Counted from the stretch's first letter, positions 15,504 to 23,617 are shown. The stretch: 32,000 bases of DNA from an uncultured Chloroflexia bacterium (GCA_963704755.1 OY969938.1:780001-812000), one strand, 5' to 3'. Program-made: numbers and translations. Notes: generated by a model not told the origin, from the letters alone.

Positions 15504-16723
15504 TTTTGCAGAGTCAACAAACGGCCGTGGGCGACCATGATTGGCCCGGCAGTTTCGATCATGCGGGCGATGTAATCATTGTTCCCGATTTGCTCGTAAA
15601 CCTGGTAAGCGCGTTCCCATTCCCCAATCCCCTGATAATATTCAGCCAGGGCCATCTGGATTTTGCGGGCCTCTTCCAAATGCTCGCGCAGCATGCGGTT
15701 CTGCAGAAAATCGCGAAAGAGGTGGTGATAGCGCAGCCAGATCTTCTCTTCGACCACCGGGAGGACGAACAGGTTATTTCGCTGGACCTCCTCCATCAAA
15801 CTGTCCCAGTTTGCTTGAATTCCCAGGGTTTTGCCCAAAACCTGTTCGCACAATTGCGCATCGAATTCTTCTAGCAGCGAGGTCCGGTACAGGAACAGCT
15901 TGAGTTCGTCGCTCTGGTGCTCCAAAACCTGCTGGGCCAGGTAATCGTAAAGGCCTACCCCGGTAACCGGGTAGGATTGGAATCGGGTTACAACCCGCCC
16001 ATTGACCACCTGGGTAGAAAGGATCAACCCGGTAATCCAGCCCTCGGTCAGTTCGGCCAGTGAATTGGCTTCGCGGTCACTGATGGTCAGTTTGAAGTTT
16101 TGCAGGTACAGGTCTTGAATTTCTTCCAGGCGGAAGGCCAGCTCTTCGAAACCCAAACCGCCTACTTCCGAGCGTGCGACCAACAGGGGCATATCCGGTA
16201 AAGGCAGCAGCCGGCGCGAAGAGATAATCAGGTGGCAGTTCTCATCCACCATCAACAAGAACCGGTTGATGAAATAATTGATGTCCCGGTTCTCTTCCAC
16301 CAGGTGATAATCGTCGAGCACGATCAGAAAGTGCTCGTCGATGGTCTCGTATGCATCATTGACCACCAGCGAAACCAGCGCGTCCAGGTTTAGCCTCTCT
16401 TGAGGCATCGACTGTAAGGCAGACATACTGGTCTTCCCGAAATCGCCAAACACATTTGATACCGCCGCGATGAAATGGGCGATAAACCGCTGTGGGTCAC
16501 GATCCAGGTTGTCTAAAGCCAGCCAGCAGACCGGCATGGAATTCTGATGGACGTAATCAACCAATAATGAAGTCTTGCCATAACCAGCCGGTGCCGCCAC
16601 AATGATCAGCCGGTTTTCGACTAAATCATCCAGGTGGTTCAACAGACGGGGACGCGTCAATAAATCCGCCCTGCGCCGTGGAATAATAATTTTCGTTCTT
16701 GTAACGGGTGTGGTGGTATCCAT
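15338..16723 (-). CDS. MalT-like STAND (AAA_16) ATPase N-terminal part of the same regulator
   Basis: Walker A is present (AAPAGYGKTSLL), as is Walker B (FLIVLDDYH), with a MalT-like arm (LAELTEGWITGLIL). The ORF terminates inside an A4/T4/C4 homopolymer patch, and the next ORF continues the repeat in the -1 frame. Confidence 0.8.
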   Translation of the reverse strand: MDTTTPVTRTKIIIPRRRADLLTRPRLLNHLDDLVENRLIIVAAPAGYGKTSLLVDYVHQNSMPVCWLALDNLDRDPQRFIAHFIAAVSNVFGDFGKTSMSALQSMPQERLNLDALVSLVVNDAYETIDEHFLIVLDDYHLVEENRDINYFINRFLLMVDENCHLIISSRRLLPLPDMPLLVARSEVGGLGFEELAFRLEEIQDLYLQNFKLTISDREANSLAELTEGWITGLILSTQVVNGRVVTRFQSYPVTGVGLYDYLAQQVLEHQSDELKLFLYRTSLLEEFDAQLCEQVLGKTLGIQANWDSLMEEVQRNNLFVLPVVEEKIWLRYHHLFRDFLQNRMLREHLEEARKIQMALAEYYQGIGEWERAYQVYEQIGNNDYIARMIETAGPIMVAHGRLLTLQNWLEQLPENTLEKSPALVSLQGAAKGMLGDTKAAVEIFGRALGLLKFSPTAYWKP

Positions 16724-17088
16724 CAGCGAATAAAACCAGGCCGGTAATTAAATTTATCCCGATTTAACGAAGAATATTACCGGAGTTAATTTTCGTTATT
16801 ACCCGACTCGTCGAAATAGGCTGTGTGGTTGAGCGCTTCGCCAGGTCGCATCACATAGGAAAATATCTCAATAACAACCATATTTCGATAAAGTTCGAGA
16901 AGAGACAATAATTCTTCTCTAGGGATAATTTAATATATCCCACCCCCCTTATTATTGCAACCTGAAAACCAATTCAATTTTCCTCCGCACCTTCTGGACC
17001 GCAAAAAAACAGCTTTTCTCGGCCTGATGCACTGCCATTTACAAGATTACGAGTAAAGGGAATTGTTCCTCCTAAAAGGAAATACCCC

Positions 17089-17214
17089 GTGTTTCTCGCA
17101 AAGCTCAAGAGCTACCCAGGAACCAACCCGAACCGGTCAATTTTGACGCAGATTCTCAACAAAGGTAAAATTGAGCTATTCGACTTGCCGGGCGGCCGGA
17201 AAGTACAAAAATAA
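17089..17214 (+). CDS. Candidate small ORF (41 aa from GTG), possibly a remnant of an HTH/excisionase-like gene
   Basis: The translation is VFLAKLKSYPGTNPNRSILTQILNKGKIELFDLPGGRKVQK. The segment SILTQILNKGKIELFDLPGGRKV loosely resembles the xSTIYRLIxxGKLPxxKLGGRxxI pattern of MerR/excisionase-type HTH domains. The frame is open for about 85 codons but has no ATG. A weak hairpin lies at 17252-17275 downstream. Confidence 0.2.
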   Translation: MFLAKLKSYPGTNPNRSILTQILNKGKIELFDLPGGRKVQK

Positions 17215-17414
17215 GTTATGGTTAGTATTAATTTTCGTTTTTCATATCCTCAAGCCTGCTGTAAAATAAGGCTTTACCTCACTTTTTAGAGGAAATATTC
17301 ATTTTGGAGCAGCCCAAGCCGGGCGGTAAATCTTTCGATTGAGTAAAGTTTCCCCTGGCGGTAAGCTGTAACTTTTTTTTATTATGATCACGATCCGGTG
17401 AAAGGGAGTTCTTC

Positions 17415-18410
17415 ATGGAATTCAAGCTACTGGGAAATACAGGCGTAAGAGTATCCAGTTTATGTTTTGGCACCATGTCCTTCGGCGGCGACGCCGACGA
17501 AACCACATCGGCAGCCCTGTTCAATCGCTGCCTGGATGCCGGTATCAATTTCTTCGATTGTGCCAACATTTACAATGACGGAAAAGCCGAAGAAATCCTC
17601 GGCCGGCTGATCCAGGGACGGCGCGACCAGCTCGTTTTGACCAGCAAAGTCTATTTCTCAACGGCGGCCGGGGTCAACAACCGCGGTGCATCCCGCCGGC
17701 ACATTCTGCTTTCCGTCGAAGACAGTCTGCGCCGTTTGCAAACCGACCGGCTCGACGTTTACTTCATCCACCACTTCGACGAACAAACTCCGCTGGAAGA
17801 AACCCTGCGCGCGCTGGACGATCTGGTCCGCCAGGGGAAAATCCTCTACCCGGCCGCTTCCAACTTTGCCGCCTGGCAAATCATGAAGGGCCTTGGAATT
17901 TCAGAGCGCTGCGGTTTTGCCCGGTTCGAGGTGCTTCAGCCTATGTATAACCTGACCAAGCGCCAGGCCGAGGTGGAAATTCTGCCGCTAGCCCAATCCG
18001 AAAACCTGGCCGTCATTCCTTACAGCCCACTGGGCGGCGGTCTCTTGACCGGCAAATATTACGCCAGGAATCACCCGCAAATCGGCCGGCTGAATGACAA
18101 CAAGATGTACTCTGAGCGCTACGGTCAGGAAGAAACTTTTGCCACCGCCGATCGCTTTTATGACTTCGCCCGGTCAAATGGCTACGAACCGGCTGCGTTA
18201 GCGGTTGCCTGGGCCGGCAGCCACCCGGCCGTCACTGCCCCGATCCTGGGTGCCAGGAACCTGGAGCAGTTGAACGGCTCCTTGAAATCCCTGGAGATCG
18301 ATATGACCCCCGACCTGCGAGCCAAAATCTCCGAGCTTTCGATCGCACCAGCTGTTGCGACGGATCGTACCGAAGAAAGGGACGAGATTGATTATTTATC
18401 CAGAAAGTAA
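17415..18410 (+). CDS. Aldo/keto reductase family oxidoreductase
   Basis: The 331-aa ORF has the typical AKR N-terminus (LGNTGVRVSSLCFGTMSFGG...FFDCANIYNDGKAEEILG) and a GGGAG SD upstream. Confidence 0.88.
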   Translation: MEFKLLGNTGVRVSSLCFGTMSFGGDADETTSAALFNRCLDAGINFFDCANIYNDGKAEEILGRLIQGRRDQLVLTSKVYFSTAAGVNNRGASRRHILLSVEDSLRRLQTDRLDVYFIHHFDEQTPLEETLRALDDLVRQGKILYPAASNFAAWQIMKGLGISERCGFARFEVLQPMYNLTKRQAEVEILPLAQSENLAVIPYSPLGGGLLTGKYYARNHPQIGRLNDNKMYSERYGQEETFATADRFYDFARSNGYEPAALAVAWAGSHPAVTAPILGARNLEQLNGSLKSLEIDMTPDLRAKISELSIAPAVATDRTEERDEIDYLSRK

Positions 18411-18463
18411 TCTGGTCGCGCAAGCAGATCGGATTCTTCAGGAACAAGTCTGCCATCATGGGG

Positions 18464-18491
18464 GAAGCGGCCAGGCCGCTTCTTCTTTTTT
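18464..18491 (+). terminator. Intrinsic terminator after the aldo/keto reductase gene
   Basis: Stem GAAGCGG / CCGCTTC with loop CCAGG is followed by TTCTTTTTT. Confidence 0.65.
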
Positions 18492-18614
18492 CACCGGTTG
18501 ATTAACCAAAGGGAACTATTCAGTCAAACAGGAAAAGATCCCAAATTTCAAATACCTGCCTGAGTAGAGTCAACGGAATAAGATTTCTTCATTGGAAACA
18601 AAGAAGTAGAGCCA

Positions 18615-20471
18615 ATGGTAACCGTAAAACGCATCTCTGAAATCCGCCCGCGCCTGGACCAGGAATTCAAACCGCAGCCCTTCACACCCCGTACCGAGGC
18701 CATCGCTGAAGCCTACCGTTGGGGACAGGCCCTGCACGCCGGTCAATTCCGTTTGAGCGGAGAACCTTACTTCGAAACGCATTGTGCCTGGGTGGCAGGC
18801 TTTCTGGACGAATTGGTCCACCACGAAGCCTGGACCATCGCCGCCCTGCTGCACGACAGTGTAGAAGACCAGGGCGAAAGCCTGGAGATGATCAAGGAAC
18901 ATTTTCCGGGACCGTTAGGGGAAGAAGTCGCTTACATCGTCGATGGCGTTACCAAAATCAGCAACCCGCGCGACGGGCGCTCGCGTGAGATCGAAACCTT
19001 GCGAAAGATTGCCCAATTCCGTGACCCAGGTGTTTTTCTGGTCAAGCTGGCCGATAAAAGCCACAACCTGTTAACCCTGGAGCATATGCCCGAGCATAAG
19101 CGCCGCCTGAAGGCGACCGAGGCTATCCGTGCGTACGGCAAACTGGCCGGCATTTTGAATTGCTACAAATGGCGTCGCTGGATCGAAGATATGTCTTTCC
19201 CGTTCGCCGACCCCGAAACGTACCGCTTCGTCCGTGAAAAGATCGATCATGACCCGCGTCTGAACCTGTATTTCATCAATGACCTGATGAACCAGGTCGG
19301 CAGAATAATGGAAGAAGCCGGCGTGGAGGGTTCGGTTGAGCTGGTCGTCAACGGGTACTGGCAATCCTGGCAAAAATTACGCCGCATGGCCCAGGCTCGC
19401 CAGACTTCGATGAATTCGTTCAAAGACGTGAACGACGTGATCAGCATTCGTATGGTGCTGGACAGCGACGATGAAACCGGCTGCTATTTGCTCCTGCCGC
19501 GGATCAACCGCATGCTGGCACCCTACCTGGACCAGAACCGTTTCGACGACTACATTGCCTGCCCGCAGAACGGTTACCGCGCCTTGCAGATCACCGCCTG
19601 GATTCCCAACCGCGGCGCAATTGAAGTCGCCATCGTCACCCGGGATATGGAAGGCGAGAATCACTGGGGAGTCGTCTATGCCCTGCAACATGGCAAAGAC
19701 ATCAGCCACTACAACCCGGTCGAGATATTGACCCCCTCCGGCGGGGCCAGGTTCGTCCAAGAAGGCTCTTCGGTATTGGACGCCGTCGCTTCGATCCAAC
19801 AAGAGCTTCTGCTCGACAAAATTAGCGCAGTCAAAATCAACGGCAAACCCACCCCACTTTCGGATAAAGTCCACCCCGGCGATATCGTTGAGGTCATCAC
19901 CGAGGGAAAACGCATTTTGCCGGCCGAGGATTGGCTAAAATACGCCAACAACTCGACCACCCGTGTTCTGCGCTCGGCAATCAATACCCAGGCATTGCGA
20001 AAAACGGCCGAGGAAGGCCGTTTGATGATTCGCCCGGTCCTGGGGAATCATGGGATGCTGGCCCTGGAAGACATTCAGGAGCTGGACCACGATCAATACG
20101 ACGTCTTGCTCGAAAAGCTGGGAGCCTCCAGCCTGGAAGACCTGTACGCCTCGCTCGGTTCGGGCGCCATCCGCCTGATCGATTTCAGCCAGACGCTGGA
20201 CGAGATCGGCCTGACCGCCACCAACCTGATGTGGACGACCATCTCCTGTATTGGCACCAAATCCTCCAATAAACCGGGCGCACTGGCCAGCCTGGCCAAC
20301 CTGGTCTCCCAGGCCGGCGGAAATATCCTGCGCTCGGTCAACAACACCCTACCGGACGGGACTTTCTATTTGCGGCTGGTCATCAAGAACCTGGACCGGG
20401 ACCAACGCGATAATTTGCGCATTGCCTTTATGCAAAGTGGATTGGAATTAGAAAATCTGGAGGTTGTTTAG
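18615..20471 (+). CDS. RelA/SpoT homologue (HD hydrolase + degenerate synthetase + TGS + ACT)
   Basis: HD-domain motifs are intact (GEPYFETH, LLHDSVED, VDGVTKIS, VKLADKSHNL). The synthetase-like region has substitutions in canonical motifs (see findings). A TGS-like segment (GDIVEVIT) and a C-terminal ACT-like segment are present. Confidence 0.8.
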   Translation: MVTVKRISEIRPRLDQEFKPQPFTPRTEAIAEAYRWGQALHAGQFRLSGEPYFETHCAWVAGFLDELVHHEAWTIAALLHDSVEDQGESLEMIKEHFPGPLGEEVAYIVDGVTKISNPRDGRSREIETLRKIAQFRDPGVFLVKLADKSHNLLTLEHMPEHKRRLKATEAIRAYGKLAGILNCYKWRRWIEDMSFPFADPETYRFVREKIDHDPRLNLYFINDLMNQVGRIMEEAGVEGSVELVVNGYWQSWQKLRRMAQARQTSMNSFKDVNDVISIRMVLDSDDETGCYLLLPRINRMLAPYLDQNRFDDYIACPQNGYRALQITAWIPNRGAIEVAIVTRDMEGENHWGVVYALQHGKDISHYNPVEILTPSGGARFVQEGSSVLDAVASIQQELLLDKISAVKINGKPTPLSDKVHPGDIVEVITEGKRILPAEDWLKYANNSTTRVLRSAINTQALRKTAEEGRLMIRPVLGNHGMLALEDIQELDHDQYDVLLEKLGASSLEDLYASLGSGAIRLIDFSQTLDEIGLTATNLMWTTISCIGTKSSNKPGALASLANLVSQAGGNILRSVNNTLPDGTFYLRLVIKNLDRDQRDNLRIAFMQSGLELENLEVV

Positions 20472-20479
20472 GAGCATTC

Positions 20480-20971
20480 ATGAAAATCGGCATCATTTCA
20501 GACACACACAATAACACTGCCAACCTAAAAGCCGCCGTCGAGCGGTTCAAGAAAGATGGCATCCAGATTGTCATCCATTGCGGAGACCTGACCAACCCGG
20601 AAGAGTTGGATTGGCTGGACGGCTTCCAGGTGATTTTCACCTATGGCAACGGCGATTATGACCCAGATGAAATTCACCGGCGTCTGATCGCCGCCAACCC
20701 CGCATCAACTGCCGCCTACAAATACGAAGGGGAATTCGACAGCCTCTTCATCGGGGTTACGCATGGGCATTTGGAAAACTTTCTAGACGAAATGGCCAGC
20801 AGCAACAAATTCGATTTCATCTTTCGCGGCCATTCTCATCACCGCAAGGAAGAGCTCGTTGGCCGCACCCATATGATCAACCCAGGCGCCCTGGGTGGCC
20901 TTTTCCACGAAGAGCGCTCGTACTGCATCCTGGACACAGGCACCCGCCAGGTAGAGTTTGTTATGCTCTAG
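20480..20971 (+). CDS. YfcE/MJ0936-family metallophosphoesterase
   Basis: The 163-aa ORF carries the motif series ISDTH, HCGD, GNGD, THGH and RGHSH. It starts 8 nt after the RSH stop. Confidence 0.85.
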   Translation: MKIGIISDTHNNTANLKAAVERFKKDGIQIVIHCGDLTNPEELDWLDGFQVIFTYGNGDYDPDEIHRRLIAANPASTAAYKYEGEFDSLFIGVTHGHLENFLDEMASSNKFDFIFRGHSHHRKEELVGRTHMINPGALGGLFHEERSYCILDTGTRQVEFVML

Positions 20972-21044
20972 CGCATTTATAGATTTCAACTAAATACTCA
21001 GACTCCCGGTCAAGTTAAGGCGAACCTTAAGATCTAATCTGGGT

Positions 21045-21137
21045 ATGCCTTCAAAATCCACACCCCTTGTGATTGCAATCGCTGGCGGCTCTGGTTCCGG
21101 AAAGACCACAGTCGCCAGTGAAATTTTAAAGAGGTAG
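21045..21137 (+). CDS. udk: Uridine kinase, N-terminal P-loop fragment (frameshifted)
   Basis: The translation is MPSKSTPLVIAIAGGSGSGKTTVASEILKR*. The P-loop is separated from the rest of Udk by a frame change at the TTTT/AAA run at 21124-21130. Confidence 0.7.
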   Translation: MPSKSTPLVIAIAGGSGSGKTTVASEILKR

Positions 21138-21184
21138 GCGGCCACCGGATTGCCTACCTGCCGCACGACGCCTATTATCGCGAC

Positions 21185-21685
21185 TTGAAAGACTTGCCGC
21201 TCAACCAGCGCCTACAGATCAATTTCGATCACCCGGACTCGCTGGAAACCAGTTTATTAATAAAACATATCACTGCCTTGAAGAATTGGGAAACAATCGA
21301 TCTGCCGGTTTACGACTTCACGACCCACACACGTACCGACCAAACTGTCCAGATCAAACCACAAAGGGTGATTATCGTCGAAGGGATCCTGATCTTTGTC
21401 GAACAAGCGCTCCGTGATCTATTCGACGTGAAAATCTTCGTCGATACCGACTCGGATTTACGCTTTATCCGCCGACTGGAGCGCGATATCCGCGAACGCG
21501 GCCGGACTACCGACACGGTCATCCATCAGTACCTGACCACCGTCCGTCCCATGCACATGGATTTTGTAGAGCCCTCTAAACGTTATGCCGATGTCATCAT
21601 CCCGGAAGGTGGGTTCAATACGGTTGCCCTGGAAATGGTGATTTCCAGAATCGAAACACTCCTGGAGAAGACCAACCCGGCTTAG
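21185..21685 (+). CDS. udk: Uridine kinase, main body (frame continues upstream to about 21128)
   Basis: Udk motifs are present (NFDHPDSLE, YDF, IVEGIL, FVDTDSDLRFIRRLERDIRERGR). In this frame the upstream codons read KEVGGHRIAYLPHDAYYRDL, which joins the P-loop fragment naturally. Confidence 0.85.
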   Translation: MKDLPLNQRLQINFDHPDSLETSLLIKHITALKNWETIDLPVYDFTTHTRTDQTVQIKPQRVIIVEGILIFVEQALRDLFDVKIFVDTDSDLRFIRRLERDIRERGRTTDTVIHQYLTTVRPMHMDFVEPSKRYADVIIPEGGFNTVALEMVISRIETLLEKTNPA

Positions 21686-21686
21686 C

Positions 21687-22118
21687 ATGCAAAAATCAAC
21701 CCAAACTAAAATCATCCGCATTCTCACCCTGGTTTTTGTTCTTGGGTTAACCGTTGTTCTATTCATCTTCCGCGATCAAGTCCATCGCCTGCAGGCTTTT
21801 GGCTATCCCGGCATCTTCCTGGTTTCGTTACTGGCTAACGCCACGCTAATTTTGCCGGTGCCAGGGGTGCTGCTGACCTCGGCGATGGGTGTGGTCTTCA
21901 ACCCGTTCTGGGTTGCCGTGGCTGCCGGCAGTGGCGCAGCCCTGGGCGAAGTTTCCGGCTACATGGCCGGTTTTAGCGGCCAGGGGGTCATCGAAAAACT
22001 CGCTGGCATGATCGTTTCGAAGCCTGGATGCGCAAATATGGTCCGATTACCATCCTGGTGCTGTCTTTTGTGCCAAACCCCCTTTTTGACATCGCCGGGA
22101 TCACTGCCGGCATGCTGA
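21687..22118 (+). CDS. DedA/VTT-domain membrane protein, 5' part (true frame leaves at about 21998)
   Basis: Hydrophobic segments are present with LANATLILPVPG and GEVSGYMAGFSG, typical of DedA/SNARE-associated proteins. The tail after IEK looks out of frame (Cys/Pro-rich). Confidence 0.65.
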   Translation: MQKSTQTKIIRILTLVFVLGLTVVLFIFRDQVHRLQAFGYPGIFLVSLLANATLILPVPGVLLTSAMGVVFNPFWVAVAAGSGAALGEVSGYMAGFSGQGVIEKLAGMIVSKPGCANMVRLPSWCCLLCQTPFLTSPGSLPAC

Positions 22119-22237
22119 AAATGTCTTTGGGGACTTTTATGTTTTACTGCCTGTTAGGCAAAATCCTGAAAATGCTCGTTTTTGCTTATGGGGGATCTTA
22201 TATCGCCAATCTTTTTCCACACCTGCTTACGCCATAG
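22028..22237 (+). CDS. DedA/VTT-domain membrane protein, 3' part
   Basis: The fragment reads MRKYGPITILVLSFVPNPLFDIAGITAGMLKMS... This frame is open back to 21995 (KTRWHDRFEAW), which continues ...GQGVIEK of the 5' part. Confidence 0.65.
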   Translation: MRKYGPITILVLSFVPNPLFDIAGITAGMLKMSLGTFMFYCLLGKILKMLVFAYGGSYIANLFPHLLTP

Positions 22238-22246
22238 GAGGTTCTC

Positions 22247-22600
22247 ATGCCCGAATTTGATTCCATCGATGCTTATCTTGAAACCCACCTTAACGAGAGT
22301 ATTGCTGAATTGAGCACGCTATGTGCCCAGCCTTCGGTGTCAGCCCAAAACCTGGGCCTGGAAGATGCCGCTGAATTGGTCAAAAAGATGTTGGAGCAAC
22401 GGGGATTTACCGCCCGTATTTACCTCACCGCAGGGGCACCGGTTGTGGTCGCCGAGAAGGCCGGTAAGTCGAGAGAAAACCTTGCTCTTCTACAACCATT
22501 ACGACGTCCAGCCACCCGAACCGCTAGATTTATGGGAAACACCGCCTTTCGAACCGACTCTTCGGGATGGCAAACTATTCGCCCGCGGCGTCAGCGATGA
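22247..22600 (+). CDS. M20-family peptidase, 5' part (true frame leaves at about 22476)
   Basis: The N-terminus MPEFDSIDAYLETHLNESIAELSTLCAQPSVSAQ...GAPVVVAEKAGKSRE is typical of M20 dipeptidases/ArgE-like enzymes. The remainder is out of frame. Confidence 0.7.
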   Translation: MPEFDSIDAYLETHLNESIAELSTLCAQPSVSAQNLGLEDAAELVKKMLEQRGFTARIYLTAGAPVVVAEKAGKSRENLALLQPLRRPATRTARFMGNTAFRTDSSGWQTIRPRRQR

Positions 22601-23609
22601 CAAAGGCCACCTGGTCAGCCGTCTGTTCGCCATCGACTCACTCCTGGCCGAAAACCCCGAGCTGCCCTGCCGGATCAAATTCGTCGTCGAAGGTGAAGAG
22701 GAAGTCAGCAGCATCCATTTGAGCGACTTCGTTTACAGTCACCTGAATGAACTCAAAGCCGATGCCTGCGTCTGGGAATTTGGCAGTGTCAACGCCAACG
22801 ACATTCCGGTGCAAGACCTGGGCCTGCGCGGAATTTGTTACGTCGAGATGAGCGTGCAAACTGCCAGCCAGGATGTTCACTCCGGCCTGGGTGGATCGAT
22901 CTTCCCCAATGCTGCCTGGCGTCTGGTTTGGGCGTTGAACAGCCTCAAAGACCCGCAGGGCAACATTCGCATCCCCGGCTTCTACGACAAAGTTAAACCG
23001 CCCTCCAAACGGGATGAAGAACTGGTGGCTGCCCTGCCGGATGATGCCGAAGAATACCACCAACGTTACGGCGTCAAGGAATTCCTCAACGGCCTGACCG
23101 GCGGCGCGGAACTGCACCTGGCTGAAGTCTTTCAGCCCACCTGCACGATCTGTGGCCTGACCTCTGGCTACCAGGGGCCTGGATCTAAGACCGTTTTACC
23201 GGCCAAGGCCAGCGCTAAAGTCGATTTTCGCCTGGTCCCCGATCAGTCCCCGGAAGAAATTGTCGAGTTATTACGCAGCTACCTGGATTCACAGGGATTC
23301 GAAGATATCCAGGTCACCATGTTAGGCGGCGAAGCCCCCGCCCGCACCGATCCCGACGATCCGTTCGTCAAGCTGGTCGTCGAGTCGGCCGAGCCGATTT
23401 ACGGGCATCCCATGTTGATCAACCCGATGAACGGCGGTTCCGGGCCGAATCATGCCTTCGTGCATGGGCTGGGCCTGCCGGTGGTTATGGCCGGAATCGG
23501 CCATCCGGGTGGGCAGGTGCATGCGCCGAACGAAAATATCCGCCTGGACCTTTATTTGAAAGGCGCCAAACACATCACCCGCATCATTAAGGGGTTCGCC
23601 GAAGGCTGA
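22323..23609 (+). CDS. M20-family peptidase, main body
   Basis: The sequence TLLFYNHYDVQPPEP...ARGVSDDKGH...EGEEE shows the M20 metal-binding motifs. Genuine coding in this frame starts near 22476. The upstream part of the listed ORF overlaps the 5' fragment. Confidence 0.85.
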   Translation: MPSLRCQPKTWAWKMPLNWSKRCWSNGDLPPVFTSPQGHRLWSPRRPVSREKTLLFYNHYDVQPPEPLDLWETPPFEPTLRDGKLFARGVSDDKGHLVSRLFAIDSLLAENPELPCRIKFVVEGEEEVSSIHLSDFVYSHLNELKADACVWEFGSVNANDIPVQDLGLRGICYVEMSVQTASQDVHSGLGGSIFPNAAWRLVWALNSLKDPQGNIRIPGFYDKVKPPSKRDEELVAALPDDAEEYHQRYGVKEFLNGLTGGAELHLAEVFQPTCTICGLTSGYQGPGSKTVLPAKASAKVDFRLVPDQSPEEIVELLRSYLDSQGFEDIQVTMLGGEAPARTDPDDPFVKLVVESAEPIYGHPMLINPMNGGSGPNHAFVHGLGLPVVMAGIGHPGGQVHAPNENIRLDLYLKGAKHITRIIKGFAEG

Positions 23610-23617
23610 AAACCCGG

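Noticed and set aside
17279-17569. A 96-aa minus-strand ORF overlaps the 5' end of the aldo/keto reductase gene.
   Set aside because: It is antisense to a well-supported gene and its upstream leader. It has no SD and no recognisable motif.
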